Assembly (NCBI GenBank): GCA_965214705.1 | Contig: CBDCCI010000002.1 | Coordinates: 160,001 to 224,000 of the forward strand | Length of the DNA: 64,000 bases | Reading direction: 5' to 3' | Source of the DNA: Alphaproteobacteria bacterium | Lineage (GTDB): Bacteria; Pseudomonadota; Alphaproteobacteria; UBA828 | Shown: piece after piece, positions 27,961 through 40,173 of the stretch | Position numbering within the stretch: position 1 is the first letter of the stretch | Layout of the letters: each line of letters opens with the position of its first letter | The notes under the pieces: generated by a model | Databases searched by the model: none | Seen by the model: only the letters and a program-made list of their open reading frames with translations | What the model was told of the DNA's origin: nothing | Program-made: the position numbers and the translations under genes

Positions 27961-29397
27961 TCAGAGCGGCGGGCGGCGGTGTGCCCAGGGCCGCGCGCGC
28001 TCGTAGTCCGCGGCGGCGCAGAACACCGAGACGTCGTCGTAGGTGCGGCCAACGAGCTGAATTCCGGTTGGCACCCCGTTTGACGCGAAGCCGCTCGGCA
28101 CGCTCGCCACCGGGCACTCCGACATCAGGTTGAACGGGTAGTTGAGCTGCCACTGCACGTAGAGGTCGCCGGGGTGGTTGGAGGTGGTGACCGGCTTGCC
28201 GTTGATGCGGAGCGAGGTGTCGCTCAGGTCCTGATCCGCCCGAAGCGCCGGGATCGCGTTGGTCGGGCAGACCAGGATGTCGTGGGTCTCGAAGATCGCC
28301 GCGAGCGAGCGGTACATGTCGCCGCGCACCTTGTTGGTGCGGTAGAAGTGCGCGAGGCTGTGCTGCGAGCCCCGCTCCAGGATGTCGCGCACGAAGCTCT
28401 CGACTTCGTACTTCCAGCGCGGAAAGTCGGGCTCCACCGTGGCCCAGAACAGCCCCTCCCAGATCACGGTCCAGGCGTCGAGCGTGCTCAGGTTCCAGCC
28501 GACGTCCACCTCTTCGACAGTGCAGCCGAGGTCGCGGAAGGTGTGGAGCGCGTCGCCCGTGTTCTTCCGCACCTCCTCGTCCACCTCGATGAAGCCGAGG
28601 TCCATGGAGTACGCGATCTTCCACCCCTTGATCGGCTCCAGCGTTTCCGGGATCTCCAGCTTGGGGCGAAGCGAGCAGATGTCGTCCGGGTGAGGGCCAG
28701 CCGTCACGTTTTGCATCAGCGCGCCGTCTGCAACGCTGCGGGTCAGCGGGCCGTAGTGCAGCAGGGATTCGCGCGGGTGGTCTCGGTCGGTCGGGTTGCG
28801 GCCGAACGGCGGCTTGAAGCCGAAGATTCCGCACGCGCCGGCGGGGATGCGGATCGAGCCGCCGCCGTCGGTGCCGTCAGCCAGCGTGGTCATGCCGGTC
28901 GCGATGGCGGCGCCGGCGCCGCCCGAGGAGCCGCCGGGCGCGAAATCCAGGTTCCATGGGTTGCGCGTGATGCCCCAGAGCTCGCTGTGCGTGTGCGGCG
29001 CGTGGGCCATCTCGGGCGTGGTGGTCCGCGCGTGCATGATCGCGCCCGCATCGAGCAGGCGCTCCACCGTCGGCGCCGAGAACTCGGGCACATGGTCGGC
29101 GAAGATGCGCGAGCCGAAGGTGGTGATCTCGCCCTTGAGCGCGTGGAAGTCCTTGATGACCACCGGTACCCCTTCCAGCGGCCGGGTCTCGGCGCCGGCG
29201 GCATAGGCTTGCTCGGCCGCCCGCGCCTGCTCCAGCGCGCGCTCGTAGAAGGTGTAAGTGTAGGCGTTGACCTTGGGGTTCACCGCCTCGGAACGCGCGA
29301 TGACGGTGGACATCAGCTCGACCGGCGAGAGCGTCTTCGCCCGGAACCGCTCGATCGCCTCGGTTGCGGTCAAGTAGCAGAGATCGTCGGTCGCCAT
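27961..29397 (-). CDS. Amidase (amidase-signature family)
   Basis: KD, GGSSGG, GTDGGGSIRIP. Confidence 0.93.
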   Translation of the reverse strand: MATDDLCYLTATEAIERFRAKTLSPVELMSTVIARSEAVNPKVNAYTYTFYERALEQARAAEQAYAAGAETRPLEGVPVVIKDFHALKGEITTFGSRIFADHVPEFSAPTVERLLDAGAIMHARTTTPEMAHAPHTHSELWGITRNPWNLDFAPGGSSGGAGAAIATGMTTLADGTDGGGSIRIPAGACGIFGFKPPFGRNPTDRDHPRESLLHYGPLTRSVADGALMQNVTAGPHPDDICSLRPKLEIPETLEPIKGWKIAYSMDLGFIEVDEEVRKNTGDALHTFRDLGCTVEEVDVGWNLSTLDAWTVIWEGLFWATVEPDFPRWKYEVESFVRDILERGSQHSLAHFYRTNKVRGDMYRSLAAIFETHDILVCPTNAIPALRADQDLSDTSLRINGKPVTTSNHPGDLYVQWQLNYPFNLMSECPVASVPSGFASNGVPTGIQLVGRTYDDVSVFCAAADYERARPWAHRRPPL

Positions 29398-29555
29398 CGC
29401 AGCCTCCCGCTGTCGGTTGTTCGTGTCGACGCGTCGAGCATAGCCGCAAGAGCACCCAGTCGAAGACCCATTTGTGAACCACTCGACCCGGCGGTTGCGC
29501 CGGCGGCCGATCCGCGCGAGCCTGCGGTGAGCTACGGTCCTCGGGAGGCAATGTC

Positions 29556-30218
29556 ATGGCGGCGAAACGTGTGGTGTTGACCGGCTACGAGCCCTGGTCT
29601 CACGCGAGCGAGAACCCCACCCTCGACCTGCTCGACAAGGCGCGCGAGCGCAACTTCGCCGACATCGAGCTGATCACGCTCCGCGTGCCGGTGGAGAGCG
29701 AACGCATCGCGCCCTTGGTGGACGAGGCCCTGGAGACCCATAAGCCCGACATATGGATCAGCCTCGGGCTCTTCCCCGGCAGCCCGGTCGTCGCGGTCGA
29801 GCGCACCGCCGCCAACGTCATGGACTTCCCGGTGCCCGACAATCTCGACGTCCAGCCGGTGGATGAGCCCGTGTACGCGGACGGCCCCTTCGCCTATCGG
29901 TCCACGCTGCCGATCAAGGCCATGGTGGCGGCGATGAACGAGCGCGGGGTCCCGGCCAAGGTCTCGAACACCGCGTCCACCTATCTCTGCAACCAGATCA
30001 TGTATACCGCGCTCCACCTCGTGCAGGAGAAGAGGCTGGAGACACGCGCGGGCTTCGTGCACGTGCCGTGCTCGCCGGGCTACGTCGCGCAGGCCGCCTA
30101 CCCCGAGCACGAGTGGCCGTCGATGAGCCTCGATCTCATGGACGAGGCGGTCGATGCGGCCATCACCACGGCCGCGAGCCTGGACGCCGATATCGCTGCA
30201 CCGCCCAAGGGGTATTAG
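29556..30218 (+). CDS. pcp: Pyroglutamyl-peptidase I
   Basis: LTGYEP, VER, TYLCN, GFVHVP. Confidence 0.88.
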   Translation: MAAKRVVLTGYEPWSHASENPTLDLLDKARERNFADIELITLRVPVESERIAPLVDEALETHKPDIWISLGLFPGSPVVAVERTAANVMDFPVPDNLDVQPVDEPVYADGPFAYRSTLPIKAMVAAMNERGVPAKVSNTASTYLCNQIMYTALHLVQEKRLETRAGFVHVPCSPGYVAQAAYPEHEWPSMSLDLMDEAVDAAITTAASLDADIAAPPKGY

Positions 30219-30910
30219 GGCGAGCCCGTCTCCCTGCCTCGGTAGCCGGTGGCGAGCACGTAGCTCTCAGCGGAATCGGTACGGCTCGCGGGCGGCTTGG
30301 CGTTGCGCACCCGCGCGAAGACCTGACGCAGCCGGATCTGCAGCGCGCCGTCGCCGCCCTGGCGCAGCTTGGCGAGGAAGCATCCGCCCGGCGCGAGCAG
30401 CGGCTCCGCGATATCCAGCGCGGTCTCGCAGAGTGCCGAAACCCGCAGCCGGTCGGTCGAAGCGTGGCCGGTGGTCGGCGCCGCCATGTCGCTCATCACC
30501 AGATCCGCCGGGCCGCCGAGCGCGGCGCGGATCGCCTCGGGCGCGTCCGCGCCACAGGCATCGATCGTGAGCACGGCGACGCCGTCGATCGGCTCGATCT
30601 CGGTGGTATCGACCGCGACCACGCGGCCGCGCTTGCCGACCCGCTCGGCCGCCACTTGGCTCCAGCCGCCGGGTGCGGCGCCGAGATCGACCACCCGCTG
30701 CCCCGGCTTCAGGATGTCCGCGCTCTCGGCAAGGCCGATCAACTTGTAAGCGGCGCGGGAGCGGTAGCCGGCCTCCCGCGCAGCGCGGACGTAGGGGTCG
30801 TTGAGCTGGCGTTCGAGCCAGCGGGTCGACGATGCCTTGCGCCGCCGAGCGCGCTTGAGCTTGACCGGCGCACGGCGCTTCCGGGGGCCGCTCTCGCCGC
30901 GCGCGGTCAC
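30215..30910 (-). CDS. rlmE: 23S rRNA Um2552 methyltransferase
   Basis: RSRAAYKL, DLGAAPGGWSQ, SDMA, KPPASR..SAE. Confidence 0.95.
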   Translation of the reverse strand: MTARGESGPRKRRAPVKLKRARRRKASSTRWLERQLNDPYVRAAREAGYRSRAAYKLIGLAESADILKPGQRVVDLGAAPGGWSQVAAERVGKRGRVVAVDTTEIEPIDGVAVLTIDACGADAPEAIRAALGGPADLVMSDMAAPTTGHASTDRLRVSALCETALDIAEPLLAPGGCFLAKLRQGGDGALQIRLRQVFARVRNAKPPASRTDSAESYVLATGYRGRETGSP

Positions 30911-31902
30911 GAGTGCGCGCGCTCCCGGTGCTCGGCGCGGGCCGCCCGCATCATGCGCAGCAGCATCCCCTCGCGCAGCCCCCGGTCGGCGACATCCAAT
31001 TGCCCCGCCGGGCAGGCGGCCATCACCGCATCCAGGATGGCGCAGCCTGCGATCATCACGTCGCCCCGTCCGGGGCCGATGCAGGGCTGCGCCGCGCGGG
31101 CCTCGTAGTCCTGTTCGATGACCGTGTCGATCACCGCCCGCACGTCGTCGAATTGCAGCCTGAGTCCGTCCACCCGGTCCCGGTCGTAGCGCGGGAGCCC
31201 GAGGTGAATGCCGGCGATGGTGGTGACAGTGCCCGACGTACCGAGGAGCTGGACCGTGCCGTCGGCGGCACCCGCAGGGATACAGTGAGTCTCAGCGAAG
31301 GGGCCGATCGCGGTCTCGATCTCGCCGACCATGGCGGCGTAGGACGCGCGGGCGACCCGGTCGCCGCCGTAACGTTCGGCAAGCGTCACCACCCCGTGGC
31401 CGATCGAGGTCCACGCCGCCAGCACCGGCGGCTCGCCGTCATCCAGGCGCACCCAGATGAGCTCGGTGCTGCCGCCGCCGATGTCGAGCAGCAGCACGTG
31501 CCGCATCGTCCGGTCGAACAGAGGCGTGCAGCCGTCGAGGGCTAGTTGGACTTCCTCGGCCGGCGAGATGATCTCCATGGAGAGCCCGGTCTCGTCGCTG
31601 ACGCGGTCGATGAACGCCTGGCGATTCTCGGCGCGCCGGCAGGCCTCGGTCGCCACCGCCCAGTAGCGCTCGACACCGCCCCGCCGGAGCTTGCCGGCGC
31701 AGACCCGGAGCGCGCCGATGGTCCGCCCGATCGCCTGCTCCGAGAGCCGGCCCGATTGCGCCACGCCTTCGCCGAGCCGCACGATCCGGGAGAAGGCGTC
31801 GACGACGCGGAAGCCCGCGCCTCTCGGCCGCGCGACGAGGAGCCGGCAGTTGTTCGTGCCGAGGTCGAGCGCGCCGAATGAAGGGCCGGGCCGATCGCTC
31901 AC
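30907..31902 (-). CDS. Ppx/GppA family phosphatase
   Basis: DLGTNNCRL, ATEACR, DIGGGSTE, GLREG. Confidence 0.92.
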   Translation of the reverse strand: MSDRPGPSFGALDLGTNNCRLLVARPRGAGFRVVDAFSRIVRLGEGVAQSGRLSEQAIGRTIGALRVCAGKLRRGGVERYWAVATEACRRAENRQAFIDRVSDETGLSMEIISPAEEVQLALDGCTPLFDRTMRHVLLLDIGGGSTELIWVRLDDGEPPVLAAWTSIGHGVVTLAERYGGDRVARASYAAMVGEIETAIGPFAETHCIPAGAADGTVQLLGTSGTVTTIAGIHLGLPRYDRDRVDGLRLQFDDVRAVIDTVIEQDYEARAAQPCIGPGRGDVMIAGCAILDAVMAACPAGQLDVADRGLREGMLLRMMRAARAEHRERAHS

Positions 31903-32082
31903 TGTGCTTGCTCCGATTGCCGGGGCGCCCGCTGCCCGACGCCGGCTTGGACGCCATTACAGCGCGTGCGCCCGCGACTGGCAACGCGCGGAGGCCGTCG
32001 TGATTCACGCCTCATGGTAGAGGCCGCGCGACGATCGGTTGACACGGCCGCCCCATGCAATAATTGTCAGGCCGAACCCTGC

Positions 32083-32156
32083 TGGGGGATCGTCTAACGG
32101 TAGGACAGCGGACTCTGACTCCGTAGGTCCAGGTTCGAATCCTGGTCCCCCAGCCA
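32083..32156 (+). tRNA. trnQ: tRNA-Gln (anticodon CTG)
   Basis: TGGGGGA/TCCCCCA acceptor stem, GCGGA-CTCTGAC-TCCGT anticodon arm, GGTTCGAATCC T-arm, encoded CCA; TTGACA at 32039. Confidence 0.97.
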
Positions 32157-32218
32157 ACCCTCCCGCCCGGCGCGGCCACTGGCCCGGCCGGGCGTCTCGA
32201 TTCCGCCGCGTTTCGCAC

Positions 32219-33316
32219 TCAGGCGTGAGTGCGGGTCTTGTCCGGGTCGTAGAAGGGGATGCGCGAAACCGTCGCGGAGCAGCGCCCGCTCTCGCCCTCG
32301 ACATCGAGCCGCGTGCCCTCGGCCGCCGCGTGGGGTGCCACGTGGCAAAGCGCGAGGGATTTCTGCATCCGGTGCGACCAGCCTGGGCTGTTGACGACGC
32401 CCACCTTCTCGCCGTCGAGGGTGAGTGTGGCGTCGGCGTCGACGGCATCATCGTGGTCGGCCACGATGCCCACCATGAGGATCTTCTCCTGCCCCTCGCG
32501 GGCGAACACCGCGTCCTTGCCGCGAAAATCGCCCTTCTTGCGCGAGACCGACCAGCCCATGGTGACCTCCCAGGGCGTGTTGGCCTCGGTCATGTCGTAG
32601 GGATAGAAGAGCAGCGCCGCCTCCACCCTGATCTTGTCGAGGCAGGTGAAGGAGCAGGGCACGATGCCGGCGCTCTCGCCTGCGCTGAGGATCTCCTCCC
32701 AGAGCGGCACCACGTGCTCGGCGGTGGCGAAGATCTCGTAGCCGCGTTCGCCTGAATAGCCGGTCCGCGAAATCAGTACCGGGCGGCCGAAGAGCGTGGT
32801 CTCGGCTTGGTGAAAGTAGCCGAGCGCGGGCAGGTCGATCGGCGTGTGCTGGTCGAGGAAGCCCACCGCCGCCGGGCCCTGCAGCGAGATGTCGTGCAGA
32901 TCGTCGTCGAAGGCGATGCTCACCTCTTTGCCCTCGGCGCTCTCGTGCAGGCGCTCCAGGCAGGCGCCGGCGCCGTGAACCACCAAATAGTGATCATCGG
33001 CGAGGGTGAAGATGATGGCGTCGTCGCAGATGCCGCCATCGTCCTGCAACACCGGCCCGTAGGCTGACCGCCCGATCGGGATCCGCGACATGTTGCGGGT
33101 GATCACGTGATCGCAGACCGCCGCGGCGTCGCGCCCGCGCACGTGAACCTTCTTCAGGCCCGAAACATCGAAGAGGCCGGCCTTCTCTCGCACCGCATCG
33201 TGCTCATCGCAGGGGTCCGAGTTATAGGTCCACGGCGCTCCCATGCCGTTCCAGTCCTCGAGGTTGGAGCCGAGCGCCCGATGGTGCGCGGCCAGCGCCG
33301 ATTCGCGTTCACTCAT
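32219..33316 (-). CDS. Aminomethyltransferase (GcvT-like, folate-binding) protein
   Basis: GLFDVS, SLQGP, SRTGYSGERGYE, PFYDP. Confidence 0.92.
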   Translation of the reverse strand: MSERESALAAHHRALGSNLEDWNGMGAPWTYNSDPCDEHDAVREKAGLFDVSGLKKVHVRGRDAAAVCDHVITRNMSRIPIGRSAYGPVLQDDGGICDDAIIFTLADDHYLVVHGAGACLERLHESAEGKEVSIAFDDDLHDISLQGPAAVGFLDQHTPIDLPALGYFHQAETTLFGRPVLISRTGYSGERGYEIFATAEHVVPLWEEILSAGESAGIVPCSFTCLDKIRVEAALLFYPYDMTEANTPWEVTMGWSVSRKKGDFRGKDAVFAREGQEKILMVGIVADHDDAVDADATLTLDGEKVGVVNSPGWSHRMQKSLALCHVAPHAAAEGTRLDVEGESGRCSATVSRIPFYDPDKTRTHA

Positions 33317-33334
33317 AGAGAACTCTCCCTGACT

Positions 33335-33430
33335 CTTTACTTTCCCCTCAGTCGCCGGGCGCTTGCTCCGGTCGCTCGGCTACGCGCTTCGCGCGCGGCG
33401 CTGTCGCGCCGTCCGGGCCTGCGGCCCGGC
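33335..33430 (-). repeat. Multi-hairpin dispersed element family B, copy 2 (upstream of the aminomethyltransferase)
   Basis: Reverse complement aligns to 15968-16067. Confidence 0.82.
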
Positions 33431-33475
33431 CCACCTTATGATTTACGTGGTACCGGTCTCGACGGTTCCTCCCGC

Positions 33476-35921
<2,446 letters not shown>

Positions 35922-36088
35922 CTATTCAATTTCATGTATCCATTGTCGGCCGGTCTTGACTCCGATCAATGATACCGAATACGGTTTTAGCAGATGATTG
36001 CGCAGGAAGAGCGCAATCCACCGTGCTGCCCCGCTGGCGATGCCCGATCCGGGCCTCCGCGCGGCCGCACCCAACAGGGAGACTAGCC

Positions 36089-37360
36089 ATGGGCAAGAAG
36101 GGACTTACACGCAGGCAGTTCACGGGCACGGCCGCGGCTGCAGCCGGCGCTGTCGCTGCGTCGTCGTTCGGCGCCCCCTATGTTGCACAGGGCGCCGAGA
36201 AGGTCGTCAAGCTCGGCTTTCTGGGGCCGCTCACCGGCGAAGTGGCGGGCTGGGCCCTGCCGGGCCGCAATGCTTGCCTGATCTGGGCCGACCAGGTCAA
36301 CGCGGGCGGCGGCATCAAGATCGGCGACGACAACTACATGGTCGAGATCGTCTCCTACGACAACGAGTACCTGGCGGACAAGTCGTTGATCGGTGCGAAG
36401 AAGCTGGTGCTCGAGGACGACGTCAAGTTGGTCTTGATGCTGGGCGGCACCGACGCGCCGGCGGCCGTGCAGTTCTTTACCAAGCAGAAGATGCTGTCGA
36501 CCACCCTGCTGCCGAGCGATCTCACCCCCGACACGCTCTATCACCTGGCGCCCGCCGAGGTGCATCCGCTCTACAACGTGACCGGCGTCGAGTGGCTCGC
36601 CGAAAACCGGCCGGAGCTCAAGACCGCTGCGATCTGCGCCCAGGACGACGAGCTCGGGTGGCCCTCGGTCGCGACCTATCTCGCTGCGTTCGAGGCGGCA
36701 GGCATCGACGTCGTCTACAACAAGTACTTCGACATCGCGACCACCGACTTCGCGCCTGTGGTGACCGCGATGCTGGCCGAGAATCCTGACATCGTCTGCC
36801 TCGACACGGCCTATCCGGACTTCGTCAACCTGCTCTGCGAGCAACTGTTCCTGCAGGACTACAAGGGGCAAATCATCTCCTGCACCCTCGATTTCTACGG
36901 GCGGATTATCGAGAAAACGAGCACGGAGTTCCTCGAGGGTCTGATCTTCCAGTTCCCGGATTTCGACGACCCGGCGATGAACGAGCCGCACATCAACTTC
37001 GAAAACCCCAACGAGTTCTTCGTCAACTACAACGAGCGCTTCCCCGACGCCTGGAGCGCGGTGACCTGGGAATATCCCGCCATCGCCGAGATGTGGAGAC
37101 TGGCGGCCGAGAAGGCCGGCAGCGTCGAGCCGATGGCCGTGTTCGCGTCGCTGAAGGAAGGCGGGCGCGGCCCCCATGTCTTCGGCGACGCCGACTGGTG
37201 GGGCGAAGAGCTGTGGGGCATCGACAACGCCCTGGTCGGCAACTGGCCGGTGGTGCAGATCCAGAACGGCAAGGCCACGATCGTCGAGTACCGCAACATC
37301 ATCGACTGGTGGAACAAGCACGGCGAGCTGTTGAAGAAGCATACCGCGGAGCAAGGCTGA
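36089..37360 (+). CDS. ABC transporter substrate-binding protein (LivK-like) with Tat signal
   Basis: TRRQF twin-arginine motif, KLGFLGPLTG, TTDFAPVV. Confidence 0.9.
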   Translation: MGKKGLTRRQFTGTAAAAAGAVAASSFGAPYVAQGAEKVVKLGFLGPLTGEVAGWALPGRNACLIWADQVNAGGGIKIGDDNYMVEIVSYDNEYLADKSLIGAKKLVLEDDVKLVLMLGGTDAPAAVQFFTKQKMLSTTLLPSDLTPDTLYHLAPAEVHPLYNVTGVEWLAENRPELKTAAICAQDDELGWPSVATYLAAFEAAGIDVVYNKYFDIATTDFAPVVTAMLAENPDIVCLDTAYPDFVNLLCEQLFLQDYKGQIISCTLDFYGRIIEKTSTEFLEGLIFQFPDFDDPAMNEPHINFENPNEFFVNYNERFPDAWSAVTWEYPAIAEMWRLAAEKAGSVEPMAVFASLKEGGRGPHVFGDADWWGEELWGIDNALVGNWPVVQIQNGKATIVEYRNIIDWWNKHGELLKKHTAEQG

Positions 37361-37393
37361 CCCTGCAGCCTGCGGTAACCACCACGTTATGAC

Positions 37394-37457
37394 GCGGCGG
37401 GTCCGTCGTCAGCACGGACCGCCGCACAGGCGAGCCGGGGCGGTGCAGCCCCGGCTC
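37394..37457 (+). other. Two stem-loops after the binding-protein gene
   Basis: GCGGCGGGTCCGT/ACGGACCGCCGC and GAGCCGGGGC/GCCCCGGCTC. Confidence 0.5.
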
Positions 37458-37579
37458 TTCCGTTGTAGGATTCGTCTCCGGACAAGCGGACGCCCCGTCG
37501 GGCCCGGCGCACCGGCCGCGCCGTCGGGATGGTGGGGCATGCGCCGCGCCTGAGACGCACCTGACCCGCACGAGGGACC

Positions 37580-38455
37580 GTGGATACTGTCGTTCAGACG
37601 CTGGTGAACGCTCTGATGCAGAGCAGCTTCGTCGCGCTGATGGCGGTGGGTCTGGTTCTCATCTTCGGCGTCATGCGGGTCATCAACTTCGCCCACGGCG
37701 AGTTCTACATGGCCGGCGCCTACGTCGTGTTCTGGCTCTACGCCCAGCACGAGCTGCCCTTCTTCGCTGCCGTGGTCGCGGCCATGATCATCGTCGGCAT
37801 CATCGGACTGATCATCGAGCAGCTTCTGTTCAAGCCGATGCGGGAAAACCCGCTCGGCGGGCTGATCATGTCCATCGGCGTGCTCTTCATCCTCCAGGTG
37901 CTCGCCGCGGTCATTTTCGGCGTCGGCCTGATGAAGCACATCCCGCCGCTCTATCCCGGGGCAACGCCGCTCTTCGGCATGGACGGCGTCTCGGTGCCGT
38001 GGCAGCGGCTCGTCGCCTTCGGCATTGCGGTCGTGCTGCTGATCGGGTTCTGGCTCTTTCTCAAGCGCACACGGCTCGGCTGGGCGCTCCGCGCCTGTGC
38101 GCAGGACCGCGAGGCGGCGGCGCTCCAGGGCATGTCGATCAACAAACTGGCGCTGCTCGCGATGGGGCTCGGCGCCGGCATGGCGGGCGCCGCCGGTGCG
38201 ATCATGGCGCCGCTGGTCCGGGTCTACCCCTATATCGGCGGCCCGGTGATCGTGACCGCCTTCATCGTCATCATCGTGGGCGGTATCGGCAGCCTCGAAG
38301 GCGCGGTGCTGGCCGCCGTGCTCTACACCTTCTTCCACACATTCGTGGCCACCTACCTCGACGGGACCATCGCGAGCATCCTCGGCCTCCTCCTGATGCT
38401 GCTCGTCCTGACCGTGCGGCCCGCCGGCCTGCTGGGTAAAGGTGAGAAGGTCTAA
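37580..38455 (+). CDS. Branched-chain amino acid type ABC permease (LivH-like)
   Basis: GLVLIFGVMRVINFAHGEFYM, VGGIGS, RPAGLLG. Confidence 0.92.
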   Translation: MDTVVQTLVNALMQSSFVALMAVGLVLIFGVMRVINFAHGEFYMAGAYVVFWLYAQHELPFFAAVVAAMIIVGIIGLIIEQLLFKPMRENPLGGLIMSIGVLFILQVLAAVIFGVGLMKHIPPLYPGATPLFGMDGVSVPWQRLVAFGIAVVLLIGFWLFLKRTRLGWALRACAQDREAAALQGMSINKLALLAMGLGAGMAGAAGAIMAPLVRVYPYIGGPVIVTAFIVIIVGGIGSLEGAVLAAVLYTFFHTFVATYLDGTIASILGLLLMLLVLTVRPAGLLGKGEKV

Positions 38456-39485
38456 CCGGCTCCTGGTGACGGGCGGCGGGCTGACGGCGCTGCTGGCGGT
38501 CTTTTGCGCGCTGCCCTTCCTGGTCGCGCTCTATCGCCTCGACATCCTGATCTTCATGCTCATCAACGTGATCCTCGCGGTGAGCTATCGCTTCCTCACG
38601 CTGGCCGGCGAGTTCTCCCTCGGTCATGTGGTGATGATGGGCGTCGGCGCCTACGGCAGCGCGCTCGCCACCAAGGAGGCGGGGCTATCGGTCTGGCTCG
38701 CGGCGCCGCTGGCGGCTGCGTTCACGGGCCTCCTGGCGCTGCTGCTGGCCTTCCCGCTGTTCCGCATGAAGGGCTTCTACTTCCTGATCGGCTCGTTTGC
38801 GGCGGGCGAGGCGATTCGCCTCTCCTGGAACCGCTTCCGCGACCCCTTCGGTGGGCCGGGTGGCATCGTGTTCATTCCCTCGCCGGAGATTCCCCTCCCC
38901 GTCCTCGGCATGGTCGATATCGCGGCGGACCCGATCGCCTACTACTTCTTCACGCTCGCGATCGTCGTCATCACCATCGTCGTCTTCTACCGGCTGGAGC
39001 GTTCTCGCTTCGGGCTCACGCTGCACGCGATCCACTGGCAGGACGTGCTGGCCGAATCGGTCGGCGTGCACATCTGGTGGTACAAGACCTTTGCTCTGGT
39101 GCTGGCGTCGGCCTTCGCCGGGCTCGCCGGCGGGCTCCTCGGCCACTACCTCGGCACAGTCAACCCGACCCAGTTCAACCTGCACATCATGCTCTTCGTG
39201 CTGGTGTGGGTGATCGTCGGCGGCACGCGGACCATCGCCGGTCCCATCGTGGGCGTCATCGTGTTGACGGTTGTCGACCAGGGGCTGCGCAGCCTCGACG
39301 AATGGCGGCCGCTGTTCTACGGCGCGATCCTGATTCTGACCGTGATGTTCCTTCCCCATGGGCTGGAGAGCCTGCCGCGACGCGCCAAGGAGTGGTGGGA
39401 ATGGGCGCGGCACAGGCGCCAACCGCCGGTCAGCGATGACGAAGAACCACCGGAGTCAGATAGACCGCCGCCTCAAGACGCCTGA
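38442..39485 (+). CDS. Branched-chain amino acid type ABC permease (LivM-like)
   Basis: GEFSLGH, GGPGG, VIVGG, FLPHGL. Confidence 0.9.
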   Translation: MRRSNRLLVTGGGLTALLAVFCALPFLVALYRLDILIFMLINVILAVSYRFLTLAGEFSLGHVVMMGVGAYGSALATKEAGLSVWLAAPLAAAFTGLLALLLAFPLFRMKGFYFLIGSFAAGEAIRLSWNRFRDPFGGPGGIVFIPSPEIPLPVLGMVDIAADPIAYYFFTLAIVVITIVVFYRLERSRFGLTLHAIHWQDVLAESVGVHIWWYKTFALVLASAFAGLAGGLLGHYLGTVNPTQFNLHIMLFVLVWVIVGGTRTIAGPIVGVIVLTVVDQGLRSLDEWRPLFYGAILILTVMFLPHGLESLPRRAKEWWEWARHRRQPPVSDDEEPPESDRPPPQDA

Positions 39486-40170
39486 GATCACTGGACGCCT
39501 CGCCTTCCGCAAGCGGGCCCAGGCGCTCGGGGCCGAAGCGCACCGGATCGCGCTCGACCGCCTCGGCCCGGTGCCGGGCGTCAAGTGCCGCCGCACCGTC
39601 CCCCGCCTCCTCCCTGAGCACCGCAAGCGCGCGCCAGATCGTCACTTGGTCCGCTTCGCGCCAGCTGAGGCCCGCCGCCCGCTTCGCCTGGGCAGCCTCG
39701 AGCGCGGCCGCCGGGCTGCGTGCGAGGTGGGCGCCACCGGTGAGCGCTGCCGCCCGCCCGGCGCCCAGCAGCTTGGTGAACTCGGCGCGGGCGACGGCGT
39801 CGTACCCGCCGGGGTGTTTGGCCTGCAGGCGCAGGTGGAAGCCCGAGCTGCGTGCGCGCTGGGGGACTGCCATGTGCGCGATCCAAGCGTCCGACGCCTC
39901 CCAGGCCCGCAGCGCCCGGCGGAAGGCTCGTCGCGCCGCCGCGGCATTGCCAGAAGCAGAATGGCAAAGGGCGAGATGCGTCCGGCTCGCCGCCCGGCGC
40001 GGGTCGTCTGCGGCGAACGCCCTGGCGATCGCGGCGGCGGAGCGCCATGCGGCATAGGCCTCGTCCACGTGGCCCGCATGAAACGCATCGAGGCCGTCGC
40101 GGACCCGGGCTTCCCAGCGCTGCTCGGCGTTGGGCGCTTTACCACCGTCTCTCGCGGGTTCAGCCCCCAT
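39430..40170 (-). CDS. Helical, TPR-like hypothetical protein
   Basis: Ala-rich helical pattern (DDPRRAASRTHLA; RARSSGFHLRL); starts 3 bp after the LytTR gene stop. Confidence 0.6.
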   Translation of the reverse strand: MGAEPARDGGKAPNAEQRWEARVRDGLDAFHAGHVDEAYAAWRSAAAIARAFAADDPRRAASRTHLALCHSASGNAAAARRAFRRALRAWEASDAWIAHMAVPQRARSSGFHLRLQAKHPGGYDAVARAEFTKLLGAGRAAALTGGAHLARSPAAALEAAQAKRAAGLSWREADQVTIWRALAVLREEAGDGAAALDARHRAEAVERDPVRFGPERLGPLAEGEASSDLRRLEAAVYLTPVVLRHR

Positions 40171-40173
40171 CGC

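Noticed and set aside
32083-32156. tRNA-Gln as an island integration site
   Set aside because: No duplicated tRNA 3' end or adjacent integrase was seen, and flanking genes have host-like composition.
37340-37392. Possible frameshift at the C-terminus of the binding protein
   Set aside because: The protein length is normal for the family, and this cannot be judged without homologues.
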